Of a DNA stretch of 64,000 bases, positions 37,295 through 50,770 are shown piece by piece. Source of the stretch: Raja brachyura (lineage: Eukaryota). The stretch covers positions 25,296,001 to 25,360,000 of the forward strand of contig OY740784.1 of assembly GCA_963514005.1 (NCBI GenBank), written 5' to 3'. The notes below the pieces were generated by a model that saw nothing but the letters and a program-made list of their open reading frames with translations, was not told the origin of the DNA and made no database searches. Made by a program: the position numbers and the translations under genes. Numbering within the stretch: the stretch's first letter is position 1; each line of letters begins with the position of its first letter.

Positions 37295-39135
37295 CATACA
37301 GCATGGAAACAGGCCCTTCGGCCTAACTTGGCCATGCAAACCAAGATGCCCCTTTTAAGCTGGTCTCATTAGCCTGCATTTGGCCTACTTTCCTCTAAAA
37401 CTTTCCTAGCCATGTACTTGTAAAAATGTCTGTCAAATGCTGTTATAGTATCTGCCTCAAATGCCTCCTCTGGTAGCTCGTCCCAAATATTGATGTGGAT
37501 AGAGAACTGGCTGGCAAACAGGAAGCAAAGAGTAGGAGTAAACGGGTCCTTTTCACAATGGCAGGCAGTGGCAAGTGGGGTACCGCAAGGTTCAGTGCTG
37601 GGACCCCAGCTATTTGCAATATACATTAATGATCTGGATGAGGGAATTGAAGGCAATATCTCCAAGTTTGCAGATGACACTAAGCTGGGGGGCAGTGTTA
37701 GCTGTGAGGGGGATGCTAGGAGACTGCAAGGTGACTTGGATAGGCTGGGTGAGTGGGCAAATGTTTGGCAGATGCAGTATAATGTGGATAAATGTGAGGT
37801 TATCCACTTTAGTGGCAAAAACAGGAAAGCAGACTATTATCTAAATGGTGGCCGATTAGGAAAAGGGGAGATGCAGCGCGACCTGGGTGTCATGGTGCAC
37901 CAGTCATTGAAAGTAGGCATGCAGGTGCAGCAGGCAGTGAAGAAAGCGAATGGTATGTTAGCTTTCATAGCAAAAGGATTTGAGTATAGGAGCAGGGAGG
38001 TTCTACTTCAGTTGTATAGGGTCTTGGTGAGACCACACCTGGAGTATTGCGTACAGTTCTGGTCTCCAAATCTGAGGAAGGACATTATTGCCATAGAGGG
38101 AGTGCAGAGAAGGTTCACCAGACTGATTCCTGGGATGTCAGGACTGTCTTACAAAGAAAGACTGGATAGACTCGGTTTATACTCTCTAGAATTTAGGAGA
38201 TTGAGAGGGGATCTTATAGAAACCTACAAAATTCTTAAGGGGTTGGACAGGCGAGATGCAGGAAGATTGTTCCCGATGTTGGGGAGGTCCAGGACAAGGG
38301 GTCACAGCTTAAGGATAAGGGGGAAATCCTTTAGGACTGAGATGAGAAGGACTTTTTTCACACAGAGAGTGGTGGGTCTCTGGAACCCTCTGCCACAGAG
38401 GGTAGTTGAGGCAGTGGCTATATTTAAGAGGGGTTAGATGTGGCCCTTGTGGCTAAGGGGATCAGAGGGTATGGAGAGAAGGCAGGTACGGGATACTGAG
38501 TTGGATGATCAGCCATGATCATATTGAATGGCAGTGCAGGCTCGAAGGGCCGAATGGCCTACTCCTGCACCTAATTTCTATGTTTCTATATCCTCCACCC
38601 TCTGAGTGAAAAAGTTGCCTGTCAGGTTCCTATTAAATATTACCCCTCACACCTTGAACCTATGTCCTCTCGCAATTGAATCCCCTATCTTGGAAAAAAG
38701 ACTGTGCATTTATCCTGTCTATTCCCTTAATGATTTTATACACCTCTATAGGATCACCCCTCAGCCTCCTGCACTCCAAGGAGCAAAGTCCAAGCGTGCT
38801 AACATCTCCCAAAAGCTCAGCCCCTCTAATCTTGGCAACATCCTTGTTAGTCTTCTCTGCACTCTTTCCAGCTTAATGGTGCCCTTCTACAGCAGGGTAA
38901 GCAAACCTGAACACAGTACTCCAAACAAGGCCTCACCAATGTCTTGTATAACTGTGACACAATGTCCCAACATCTATACTCAAAACCCTGACCGATGAAG
39001 TCCAATGTACAAAAAGCCTATCTGCCTGTGAAGCATTTTCAGGGAACTATCCATCTGCACCCCTGGATCTCTTGCTCTACAACACTCTCCAGCACTCAAA
39101 CATTCACCATGAAGCTCCTGCCATGGTTTGTCTTC
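37295..39135 (-). mobile_element. Older CR1 3' fragment split by the young LINE (37295-37487 and 38590-39135)
   Basis: ...ggtagctcgtcccaaa | atcctccaccctctgagtgaaaaagttgcc is contiguous in other copies (e.g. 5545-5600, 44690-44740). Confidence 0.85.
37488..38589 (+). mobile_element. Young CR1-clade LINE, 5'-truncated, with (TTTCTATG) tail
   Basis: ORF 37490..38437 is nearly identical in protein to 42..1052; a small deletion near 38410 frameshifts the last codons. Confidence 0.95.
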
Positions 39136-42100
39136 CCCTCCTGCTCTAGTTTGACTTTGTAAATGTTTACTTTGCCTCTTGGCCATAAAACTAGTGCCAT
39201 CAACGTTCCTGATCCACAAATAGAGGATATTTGCCCTTGTTGAGCAGGTATGTCAATACTTGGATCATTTTATACACAACCAGAACCACAACCACTTAGC
39301 AGTTTGCTTCTGTTGCAGGAATGTTTAATTAATAATTATGTGGTATAATTCAGGTATATCCATCCTACCCAACCTTCCTTAGTAATATCAATTGTAGGTG
39401 GCCACCTCAGGTGCCTTGACAGTTGGTACTGGAAGAAGTCATTTTCATGCATTTGTCTCAGAGCCATTGTAATGCCTCTCAGCCTTCTATCACACCCTTG
39501 GAAATGGGCTTTGAAGGCAGAAAATCAGATTTCATTGTAAAAACTAGAAAGTTGTGCAAAATATTCACGGGAAAGGTATAAAAAGATGACCGACTGGTTT
39601 GGCGCTTGTTATGATCAATTTCATTTCCCTTGATTTTCTATTTGAAGAATTTACTTACAAGTTATTTATTTTTCCAGTGTCAAAATGGGGACCTAAGTAT
39701 TGCAAGCAGCAAGCAATATATCAAGGCAGTGACACAATGACTCACAGAGACTGAAGCAGAAAATTACTAACTGCTACACAGAACCACGGGAGCCCAATAC
39801 TTTGGGGATAATCCTTTTATAATGGAAGTATTCAGGCGCTTTTTATCGTTAAACACACTTGGTGCTCGTAGGTCATAGAAAGGAATGTAATAAAGTCGGC
39901 TATTGTGGTTTACTACAAAAAAAAGTTTCTAGTAAGGCATTTCAACACAGAAAGTATTTACCACTCGCTTCACCAGGATAGCAGCAGAAATTGACCACCT
40001 TGGGCATTGCTCCATGTTTGTCTGTGAAAGGATGACTTCCTAACATAGTCCATAGGTTCTGAACTGTTAATATATTCTTGCAATTTACTGGAGACAATTG
40101 TTATAGCCTGAAAATTGTAAGCTATTTGGAGATGTAATATGGAGAGTCTGAACTTTGCTTGAGATTAATGATTTCATCATAGGCTAACCATACTCTGCTA
40201 CTTCAACCCGGCTTCAGAATGTTTTGTTGAGCAGCAGTTTGAGGTGGGAGGTGAATGACGGCATGCACAGTTCACCCATTTGTAGGACGCTTCAAACATC
40301 CAAAGCAGCAATCCTACCAGGCTCTTTGGCAAGGATAGACAACCTGTTAAAGAGTCTATGGGTCAGGAAAAGCACATGTGTTCCATTGGAACAAAGCCTA
40401 CCAGGAGAGGAGCAAGTGCAAGCACTTCTAAGTGTAAAAGAGAAACAAAACAACATGTGAGCTGGCCATTTCTGCTATAAATTAACCATTTGTGAAATTG
40501 GCTCAGATTTCCTCTCCTCATTTATTTAGCCTGACCTGCATTTTACGCATTTTCCTTTGTATTATCATTATCAAATCGCACCCATTAACCCATTGACTGG
40601 AGGTTCTGTAACACTTATGCCCACGGCAACCATGGTCAAGCCCCATCATATATATTCCCATTGATCTATCCATACCTCACCCCACCTTCTTTGCATTTCC
40701 CACTTTCCCAGTCCTAATGAGGGGGTCTACCTCTTGAAATATTGACTGTTTCATCTTCCACCGATGCTGTCAGACCTGCTGTGTTTTTTTACCACTTACT
40801 GATTCTATTTTGCATCTATTATACATTATGAATCCTCATTGTCATTATGTCACTTTAAAAGATGCACTAAACAGAAAGAGGGCTGGATATGTAGTTATTT
40901 GATAATACCCTGTTGTGGCCATTCCTAATGATTTTAACGAGGATGTAAAAGTGAGGAGTAAAATCACTTGTCAGGCTACAATTAATCTTATGCTCTGCCT
41001 TGGAAGCCTTGTTCAGGGAGGAGGTTGAGGTTATGTGAGAGTATAGTTGAGTATGACTTGAATGACACCGTAGATGAATGCCTTTATTATCAAGCACATA
41101 CTGAAAAAGCTGGAACTCCTTTTATTCAATTAGAAAAGGTTAAAACAAGATGTATAATGTATTTAAAATATGATAAATAAAATAAGTAAAGTAAAAGAAC
41201 CATGAATGGAATGGTTCTTTTGAAATTTTGAATGGAGAGGGCAGGAGGGTGGTCTAATTTTGTTGGATTGGAAATTATAAAAGATGACTTTTGAAATGCC
41301 GAGTCTTTCTGGCATTATGACCAGAAGAATAAAGGCAGAGGTTATTATGGCATGACACTTCCAACTAGAAAGAATGGTTGAAGCAGAATTGATAATAATC
41401 AGTCATGTGCAGAGTGTAAGCTTGTGTATGGCAACCGCTAGATAGAGCTCTTAAAGATAGTGGAATCAGGGGATTATAGCGAGAGGGCAGGAACGGGGTA
41501 CTGATTTTGGATGATCAGCCATGATCTTATGGAATGGTGGTGCTAGCTCAAAGGGCCAAATAGCCTATTCCTGCCCCTATTGTCTACTGTCGATTGTATC
41601 TGTGCCCAAGGTCCAAGGACATTGCGAAGCAAAGATGAGAAATTAGGTGGGTCCTGAGTGGGGATTGGTGCATGGGGGAAGGAAAAAGGTCCTGGTACTA
41701 TGTGAATCAAAGATATTGTCAGCTGGCAGAAGTGAGATGTGATGTTATTGAATGTACCCCTTCTAGAGACCCAAGTTGGTCAAGACTTTAAATTCTATCT
41801 GTTAGAAGTATCTACTTTGAAATGTATCAACTTATATTTCAAAGACAATTTAATTTTACAAGGTAATGTCTTTTCTAAAGGGGTTTAGCTATCAATAATC
41901 ACTATTTCAAGCACTACTACACCCACCCAAGAAGGTGATGCTTACAGTTAATGAAGCAGTTTAAAACACAGTTACATTATTTTAAATGAAGCACATTAAA
42001 ATCTGAGGAGTACATTTTAACAGAGATTATAATTTTAGAGAGGATTTCCAAAACTCTAGTAGTACAGTTATTACAAACCAGAAAAATTCACCGATGAGTT

Positions 42101-42563
42101 GCAGATCAATAAGTTATCCGTCGCAGAAAAAAGTATCTGGGGAGATCCTACTTAGACCAAAGCTGAGAGTGGAGAATGATAATTATTTTCCATAACTCCA
42201 AGCAACTCTTACTGTTTTCTAATCTATATATTATATTTGCCAGTCAACAGGTTAACATTAGCCATATGTGATAATTTGCAGCTATATTCTTCTTGATCAG
42301 ATCAAATGAATGGGTAAGGGTATTAGTTCGGAATTTAAACTGTGGTCAAGTGGATGAATTGTCTTGATTAGGTCCTGGTGGACAATATTGCTTCTCTTAA
42401 TCAGGGCACAGTCAGTTAAGTCAATAAGTATTGTTTCTTTTGATTAAGTCAAGACGATGGGAAACGGGTAGTAGCTGGAAATAAACTATTTAACAATTGT
42501 CATCTTGAACCTTGTTCAATTTCCTGTGTCGTGCTAATAAATTGAGATTAGCAATGAGCATTT

Positions 42564-42850
42564 ATCATCATCATCGTTGATAACATCAACGGGCACGGTG
42601 CCTTACGATGCTATGTACGACAGTGATCGCAACTTCTACTGAAGTGTGGATAGCCGTTGGCTCACTAGGAGCTCATCTGCCCTTTGACAGGTCTTGTATT
42701 TGGTCCTGCTGGGAGTCCACAGCCCCTTCCTCACCTGGCAAACCATGTGGGGGAGACGGTTTAGTCGCCGACTATCCGACCATGGCGCAGGTAGCACAGG
42801 ATTACATGGTACCCGTGGCGGTGGGAACTCCCCCCCGACCTGACCAGTAA
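42564..42850 (-). mobile_element. GC-rich short retroelement with (GAT)n tail, RTE-related SINE-like
   Basis: atcatcatcatc tail on + strand, abrupt GC/CpG-rich block; family assignment from recalled resemblance only. Confidence 0.45.
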
Positions 42851-44110
42851 CTATCTGTCACTAGAGAATGATCCCAAGGTGATCCAGTTGGAAGTGGACA
42901 TGCGTAGGGTAAGCCTTTTTGGTCATAAGTATAAAGTATGGTGGTGGAGGATATCGGCACTTTAGTGGGCAAGACCTGAAGGCTTGGAGAACAGAACCGA
43001 GCTGTAAGGAAAAAACCTTGCAAATTTTACCAGCAGAAATCCATGTATTGTACTTGGAACCACAATCCTGGTTATGGCGATAATCTTTAAAGAGCTTGGA
43101 AACTGGCTCCAGCTGCCTTATTATAAAGCCAACCTCTACATGAATGTCCTGCAGCAATCATAGGCCATAATTGCATAATAAAGTTTGAACATATAAATTC
43201 AGAGTGTATGCAGTTATTCATGGATATTATTGCATTTGTCTATACACATTGAGCCTGATTACATTTATTCCTTCAGCTTTCGATTCAACATTTTGCACGG
43301 CACACAAAAAACATTTGCATGGAGCAAAACATTACTGAACCAGGGTCTTTTCTGAACAAATTTAAATAACATAAATCAGATAAGGCTTGCCAAAATTTGT
43401 GCAAAAGTGTACATATGCATGTGCTTATGACTCAATTGTTGGAACACTTTGCTTTCTCTTTTTCAATTACCGCTATAGAATCAGGGTGTTTATCCGAGGT
43501 GACTGAAGCTTTGATTTAATACCTCGTCTCAAAATAAATGAAAAATGCCCATGCCTTGTACAAAAGTATTGGCCTAGATTACATAGGTTCTTTGTGGACA
43601 AGCAAGTGGGAACCATTCTCAAAGAATATAATGCAATTACATATTTGGTGTTGCAATAAGAACTTCAAAAGCTTTGGCTTCAGAGTCACAGCTGCTTTTT
43701 ATGTTCAGCTTGCAGGTGGCTTTGTGACATCTGTGCTTGGGGGATTGGTGGCGATTGCCCAGTGTAATTGCAGCTATAATTAAGTTTACAACCTGGTCTT
43801 TGTAGTTAATGCTTTTATGTTAAACAACTTCAAACTCCAACAAATTGGCCAACAACGGGCAGTAGCTGTGCAATTGCTGTAATCACCAAGCAACTGGCAT
43901 CAAGCTTCAAAGAGACCAACAAAATGAATTCAACCATTGATGCTAATGGAGAATGACCTCTTGCCTCATTTCCTACAGCCAGTCGGTCACCTTTTATGCT
44001 TTGGTTCACTAATGCTTTACACAATACATTTAATTTCTTGCCGGTATTAAGCTGTCGACCTACAACCGTGCGCTAAAAAAGTGTTTGTTGTTTATGATGA
44101 CGTTCTTTAC

Positions 44111-44240
44111 CTGCCCAGGTTGTTCGCAAGCTGTTTGGTACTTTGCCTGTTGGCAGACTTCTTTTACCCTTTCATACTTTGGAAGATAATTTGTTTGTTG
44201 GGCATCACCAGTTCCATCTTCCTTCTTACGGAGCAATTTG
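44111..44240 (-). CDS. SULF1: SULF1 coding exon (130 nt), start of hydrophilic domain
   Basis: tccag|C AAA TTG...GGG CAG|gtaaa; [43 protein letters not shown]. Confidence 0.96.
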
Positions 44241-44498
44241 CTGGAAAAGGGAGTAACAAAACATATGTATGAACTTCAATATTAAATGGAGCTTTCTAGC
44301 AGCTTACATTAAGAGTTCACATCAGTTGCAAGACTTTAACTTCTGCCGGTAGTAATAAAGTAATGAAGATGTAGCAGATTTACTGAAAAGCCGCAATGAA
44401 GTTTCAGTGCATGATCTTAAAAGATATAATCATTGTGAGGCCCAGAATGCCAGAATGAAGATGTCCGTCTTAGAGAGAGGATGATGACAACTTCTTTT

Positions 44499-45810
44499 CA
44501 TAGAGTCATAAAGCATATAGCACGAAACAGACGCTTTGGCCCAATTTACCCATGCGAACCAAGATGTCCCATCTACACTAGTCCCAACTGCCCATGTTAG
44601 GTTCATATCCCTCTAAACCATTCTATCCATGTGCCTGCCCAAATATCTTCTAAATTATGTTATAGTACCTGCCTCAACTACATCCTCTGACAGCCCACTC
44701 CATATACCAATCACCCTTTGTGTAAAAAAGTCGCCCCTCAGTCTCCTACAAAATGTTTCCCCTTTCTCATTAAACCTATGTTCTCTGGTTCATGTTTCCC
44801 CTATTCTGGGTAAAATAATCTGCATTCATCCTATTTATTTCCCTCATGCTTAGATACCTCTCTGTATCAAGATCACCCCTCATTTTCCTACAATCCCAAA
44901 CTCTCCCTATAGCTCAAGCTGTCAAGAGCTGGCAACATCTTCGTAAATCTTCTCCGATCTCTGTCCAGTTTAACCCCATCCGTCCTATAGCAGGGTGATC
45001 AAAACAGAACACAATACGCCAATTGAGGCCACACATATGTCTTCTACAACTGTAACACAACATCTCATCTTTTATATTCAATATCCTGACTAATGAAGGC
45101 CATTGTACCAAAAGCCTCTTGATCATCTTATCTACCTGTGACACCACTTTCGGGGAATATGTACCTGCACTCCTAGATACCTCTGCTCCACAACACTCCC
45201 CAGGGTCCTGCCATTCACTATGAAGGATCTGCCCTGGTTTGACTTCACCACCTTCACCACCTCCAGTTTAAATTCCAGTTGGAATATATTGGAGGACCAA
45301 GTAACCAAGAACCAAGACTTCCAGCACCTCCTTGACCGTAATACGGTCTGTCCTCAAGATATCTCCATTAACTGTTCCAAGTTCGCCAGTCTTCATGTCT
45401 TTCTTTATGGTTAAAACAGAGGTAAGATACTCTTTGTGGACCTTGCCCATCTCTTGCAGTTCCACACAGAGATAACTGCTTTGGTTTCTGAGGGCCCTGT
45501 TCTCTCTCTAGTTACCCTCTTTCACTTAGTGTACTTATAAAATCTCTTTCTGCCAGGCCTATCTTGAGCCAACTTTTTGATCTTCCGATTTCCTTCTTAA
45601 GTATGTGCCTCAATTCCCCAAACTCCTCTAGGGATACACGATCCCAGCTGTCTTCACCCTAGCCGGAACATGCATTCCCTGAACGTTTAAAAACATCCCA
45701 CTTTACGGATGTTCCTTTGTCCACAAACCACCTACTCCAATCAACTTTAGCAAGTTCCTGTACAAAACCATCAAAGTTGACCTTGCCCCAATGCAGAACT
45801 TTTACTTGTT
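44499..45810 (-). mobile_element. Decayed CR1 LINE with internal deletions
   Basis: 3' UTR at 44500-44640; ORF remnants 44914..45147 and 45268..45465. Confidence 0.8.
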
Positions 45811-45971
45811 TATTTAGAATATTAACTTGTGTTAAGCTTTAGAACAGCTTGATTGAATTCACTTTAACATGTTAATTAAATTCCTGACAAAGTTGTCCTC
45901 TTTCTCTTATCATTCTAATTAATTATTGCTTTGTGTTACATTTCCTGTTTTGTGACGATATCACAGGTACA

Positions 45972-46057
45972 TGTCTGAAGAAGGGTCTCAATCTGAAACG
46001 TCACCTATCCATGTTCTCCAGAGATGCTGCCTGATCTGCTGAGTTACTCTAGCACTC
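45972..46057 (+). mobile_element. Penelope-terminus fragment with hammerhead cores intact and wobble stem II
   Basis: gtCTGAAGAagggtctcaatctGAAACGTCacc, core at 45975. Confidence 0.75.
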
Positions 46058-46167
46058 AAGAAATGGTCATCCAGTGAACTGTCTTGGTGATAATGGGACT
46101 CTGGCTATTTATTGAAATGGAGTTGGACAGGATAAAAAAGATCTTGTGCAATCTGACTGCTTGCGTG

Positions 46168-46570
46168 GTTTAGTTTAGTTAGTTTTTTGTCACGTGTATG
46201 GATGTACAGTAAACAGATTGTGTGCTATCAAATCAGCGGAAAGACAATACATGATTGCAAGCAAGCTGTCCAGAGTATAAAGTTACAGGATCAAGGGAAT
46301 AATATTTAGTGCAAGATAACGTCCAGTAAAGACCAATTAAAGATAGTCCGAGGGTCTCCAATGAGGCTGATGTAGGTCAGGACCACTCTCTAGTTGGTGA
46401 TGGAATGGCTCCATTTCCTGATAACAGCTGGAAGACACCGTCCCTGAATCTGGAGGTATGCATTTTCAAACTTCTGTACCCCTTGCCTGATGGGAGAGGG
46501 GTGAAGAGAGAGTGTCCGGGTGAGATTTGATTATGCTGGTGTTCTTACTGAGCCAGCATGAAGTGTAAAT
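46168..46570 (-). mobile_element. Decayed Rex1/Babar-type LINE 3' fragment
   Basis: aaacttctgtaccccttgcctgatgggag / ataacagctggaagacaccgtccctgaatctg pattern; (taaac) tail. Confidence 0.6.
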
Positions 46571-49185
46571 GGCAATACAAGTAAGTGGCAATATAATGTA
46601 AAAGTCCCGTCTAGTGCAACGCAGAGCAGCCCTTAATCTGGTAATGGTCCCTTAAGGGATAATGGATTTACACCCATAGTAGGTAACCCCTATTAATGGT
46701 TGATGGGAGCCCAGGGGAAATAATAATCCTATTTGAGACCCAAAGATTATGCCTATTGTCTGGACCTTCACTGTGATTGTAATTGCTTGGCCTTCTCGTC
46801 CAACCAGTAACATCTGAAATTAAATATGGGGGAATTGGCTGTGGTATGGTCATGTTATTTTGTTTCACAGATGAGTGCTCCAAATGCTCTTTGCGGTCAT
46901 GACTATAACGTGTTTTACTTGTGTACATCTTTATGTTACGTATGTGTGGTATTACATTTGATTTGATTAGATAACTCACAAATAAAATTGTATCATAAAA
47001 ATAAATTCTATCTCGGTACATGTGACAATAATAAACCAATACTAATACAAACTATTAAGCAGGCTGGCTGGTTCTGTTCAATGCATTCCCATTCATTGAG
47101 GACACTTTGTCTAGGTTGGTACAAAGACAAAACTCCAGACAGTTGATTATACCATAGCCCAGTAGGACATGATATTTCATCTATCTGAAGGAAAATGAGA
47201 AGGCAAATGGTGATCGTGTAGTGCCATACCAGTGTTGCTGGATCCAGTCTTTTGAAACCATTGTGAGTGATACTGCAACAAGATTTACGGAGCTGCAGTT
47301 ACGTAGTTTACTTTCAATATAATCTGCTGTAAACTTGACAGCTGATTGATGCATATTGAATGGCGTTCGCTAATATAGGCACTCAGATGTGAACATTAGT
47401 TTATGTCATATTCCTCCTGCGTGTTAATATAATTGAAACAAGTTTCAAGAGAGAGCCTCTGGTCTTCAGGAGGGAAGGCTCGATCCAATCAAAGAGACTG
47501 GGGAGAGAAAGATCAATATCCATTATGGTGGTGAGACCAAGGCTTAGTGCTACTTTCCTCAGGCTTAATTTTAATCAGTGTTCAGCTGTCTATTAAGATG
47601 GTGCATCTTAGTCTCAGTGGAATATGTTAACTTTCATAAAACCAGGCGCTGAGAGCGATTAAGCCTCAAGGCTTTGATTTGTGAGTTTGCTAAAATGTTC
47701 TCTGACAAGGTGGAAACCTTGGCAGTTACAGAGGATAAAACAAATGGTTTTACAGTTGCTGCTGGCCAACACATTTCTCACACAGTGCTTTTCCTGAAAT
47801 TACTGACTAGCCCTTATACTCGCAAGCAAAGAAATAAACAAAATTAGAACAAGTAACATTTATTCAACACTATCCTCGGGAGTACCAACTTTACATTCTG
47901 TTACAGTGTGCTATTTCTAATACCTTATTTCCCTGGTGAGATTTCTCTTGCCTTTTTGAATATTTGTGACTGATGTTTGGCAGCAGGGGACTCGTCCATT
48001 GGAAGGGGCTTCTGATAATTAAGCAAGTTTAATCATACGGCAGTGATTAATTGAAGACCATTATTGAGGGGACTTATCATAAAACATATAATGAATTTGG
48101 CTGGCTGATTTTTTTCTTTTGTACTTCCATCACCAACTAATTAAGTTTACCAGTCTCAACAACATTCACTGGTTTCCGGGGAAAATATATATTTATTTCA
48201 AAGATATTTTTAAAGAATAAAAATTATAGGGCACCAAAGTTCTCTAGGTGTGTTATAAACAATGCCATTGTGTTTACCTCTGCTCCTCTAAGACCAAGGC
48301 ACACAGACTTGAAATGGCATAGCTGAAATTGGTTTCCAAGTAATAGACTTGGAAGAGCTCAATGAAGGACTATCAGATCTTGCTTCCACCAAAGAAAACT
48401 GCTCCCTTTGCTATGCTCAGCTCAGAATGTAAAAATAACTCTTGGCTTCTTTTCTCTACTGCAGAAAATTGCTTCCTCCCCCTGTCTCTCGTCTCCAGCA
48501 ACAAGTATGAGCTGTTCATGGACTCCTTTGACAAAATCAAGACTACAGTCATCTGATCACTTGCCTCTGTAACTTTCCTTCTCCTAGCCCATCAATCCAA
48601 ATTCCTCTTGGTTCTTATGGCCCGGCCCTTTAACCCATCTTATTCTATTATCTCTCCTATCTCTCCTAATGTTCCTCAGAGCTTACCCTGTTTATGAGAC
48701 CAACGTCCTGCTCTGCAGAACCTACTCCCACTAAATAACCATGAATTGAACTTCCTTGCATTGAGTCAGCCCCATGACATGTTTAGCAGTTTAGAAAAAG
48801 CTTTCCTTAAAACAATCGTTGATACTTTCATTCGTCCACTCTACCGTGTCGTACATATCTCCCTCACCTCTCGTTCTTGAAACTACTGTTTCCCAAATCC
48901 ACTTTCTCTGAAGTTTTTGTATGAGCCCCTTCAATCGCCAGTTTCCATCTGTCAGTAAACAACTCTTACCACCAAAATAGCATTATCTGGCTCTGATTAA
49001 ATTTATTTCTCCTTATGTTTCAAATCCATCTGCAGCCTTTGACATTGTTGACCATTCCATCCTCTTCCAAATCATCTCCACCAGTGACCAACTGGATGGG
49101 AGCCTATTCCTTACCTATTTTGCTTCAGCTCATCTGCTGATAAGAGATGGAGGGAGGGAGAAAGAAAGTAAAAGAGGAAAGAGAG

Positions 49186-49371
49186 AGAAACATAGGAAAT
49201 AGGTGCAATAGGCCATTCGGCCCTTCGAGCTGCACTGCCATTCAATATGATCATGGCTGATCATCCAACTCAGTATCCTGTACCTGCCTTCTCTCCATAC
49301 CCCCTGATCCCTTTAGCCACAAGGGCCACATCTAACTCCTTCTTAAATATAGCCAATGAACTATAGCCAAT
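49186..49371 (-). mobile_element. CR1 3'-UTR fragment inside a GA-rich repeat next to the gap
   Basis: Nearly identical to positions 1-135. Confidence 0.9.
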
Positions 49372-49438
49372 TAAATGAGAGAAAGAGAGAGAGAAAAGAG
49401 AGAGGAAGAGAAAAAGAAAGCTAGAAAAATAGAAACGA

Positions 49439-49579
49439 NNNNNNNNNNNNNNNNNNNNNNNNNNNNNNNNNNNNNNNNNNNNNNNNNNNNNNNNNNNNNN
49501 NNNNNNNNNNNNNNNNNNNNNNNNNNNNNNNNNNNNNNNNNNNNNNNNNNNNNNNNNNNNNNNNNNNNNNNNNNNNNNN
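49439..49579. other. Assembly gap (141 N)
   Basis: Run of N after a GA-rich simple repeat. Confidence 1.
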
Positions 49580-50119
49580 CCTGCTTAAATTCCTTAGGAG
49601 GTTAGTAGTTACACTTCATCTAACAGTAACCATCCTCATCCAAAAAAGCAAACCATCACATGGGAATCTGAGTTCCCCTGAAGGTTACAGTATATCACCA
49701 TAATTGTTCACTTTATGTTGAAGAGGGCATTTCAAACAAAACAGCATACGTTCTGTAATAATTTGTTAATGTCACCAATAATCAACATTTATTCTGGCAA
49801 CATCATTGGGCACCTTGGAGTCACCTGACGAAAGGGTGTGCATAGTTATTTGTGTTTTGTCAAGAATCTACAGGAGAATTGGGAAGGAAACGGGTAGATT
49901 TCTGTGGGTGGAGGAAATCCTTTGTCCTTTGGATGCCTCGGGCAAAACCTCCAGAGAACCCCTGAACCCCTTCACACAATCCAGTACCAAACTGAAACCA
50001 GGCACTATCTCTGAACATTTGTTACTTACTTGGAATTTACTTAGTTTCATTGGAAGTAGTACAATAAAGGCTGGATTTACTGATCCACAAAAAGTGCTTC
50101 GAAACAGTGCTTGAATGCT

Positions 50120-50770
50120 AAATATCTCTGAAGATATGACATGGACATCGCACGCTGCAGCACTCGTGAGTAAGGCAAGCCAGTGCCTTTACCACCTCAG
50201 GCAATTGAGGAAATTCAGAGTGTCTCCGAGGATCCTCCAGTGCTTCTACTCTGCGGCTGTGGAAAGCATCTAGTCCGGAAACATTACAATCTGGTTTGGG
50301 AATTGCTCTGCCCAGGACAAGAAGGCTCTGCAAAGAGTAGTGCGTTCGGCCGAACACACTATGGGAACTTCTCTCGCCCCTCTGCAGGAACTATACATCA
50401 GGAGGTGCAACTCCTGAGCCAATAAGATAATGGGAGACCCCTTCCACCCCTTCAACGGACTGTTCCAGCTCTTACGGTCAGGCAAACGCCTCCGTTGCCA
50501 TGCTGTGAGAACGGAGAGGATGAGAAGGAATTTCTTCCCAGAGGCCATTCGGACTGTAAACTCCTATCTCACCAGGGACTAACTCTACTAACTTACTGTA
50601 CCACAATACCGCCCACAATATTTAATATGAAAAAGAACATGTGATTCTGTTTGTAGTTTGTTGGTTGTTTGGTTGTTTTTTGCACAAAGTCCGCAGGCAC
50701 TGCCACTTTTCATTTCACTGCACATCCCGTATGTGTATGTGACGAATAAACTTGACTTGACTTGACTTGA
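50120..50770 (+). mobile_element. Rex1/Babar-type LINE 3' fragment with AATAAA and (CTTGA)n tail
   Basis: Frame reads ISEDMTWTSH...KASQCLYHLRQLRKF...TIWFGNCS...KALQRVVRSAE...DPFHPFNGLFQLLRSGKR...NFFPEAIR, with stops. Confidence 0.85.

Noticed and set aside
42861-43157. ORF with cag...aag|gt boundaries as an extra SULF1 exon
   Set aside because: No similarity to Sulf proteins and a poor donor (gttttt); the flanking exons already join in frame.
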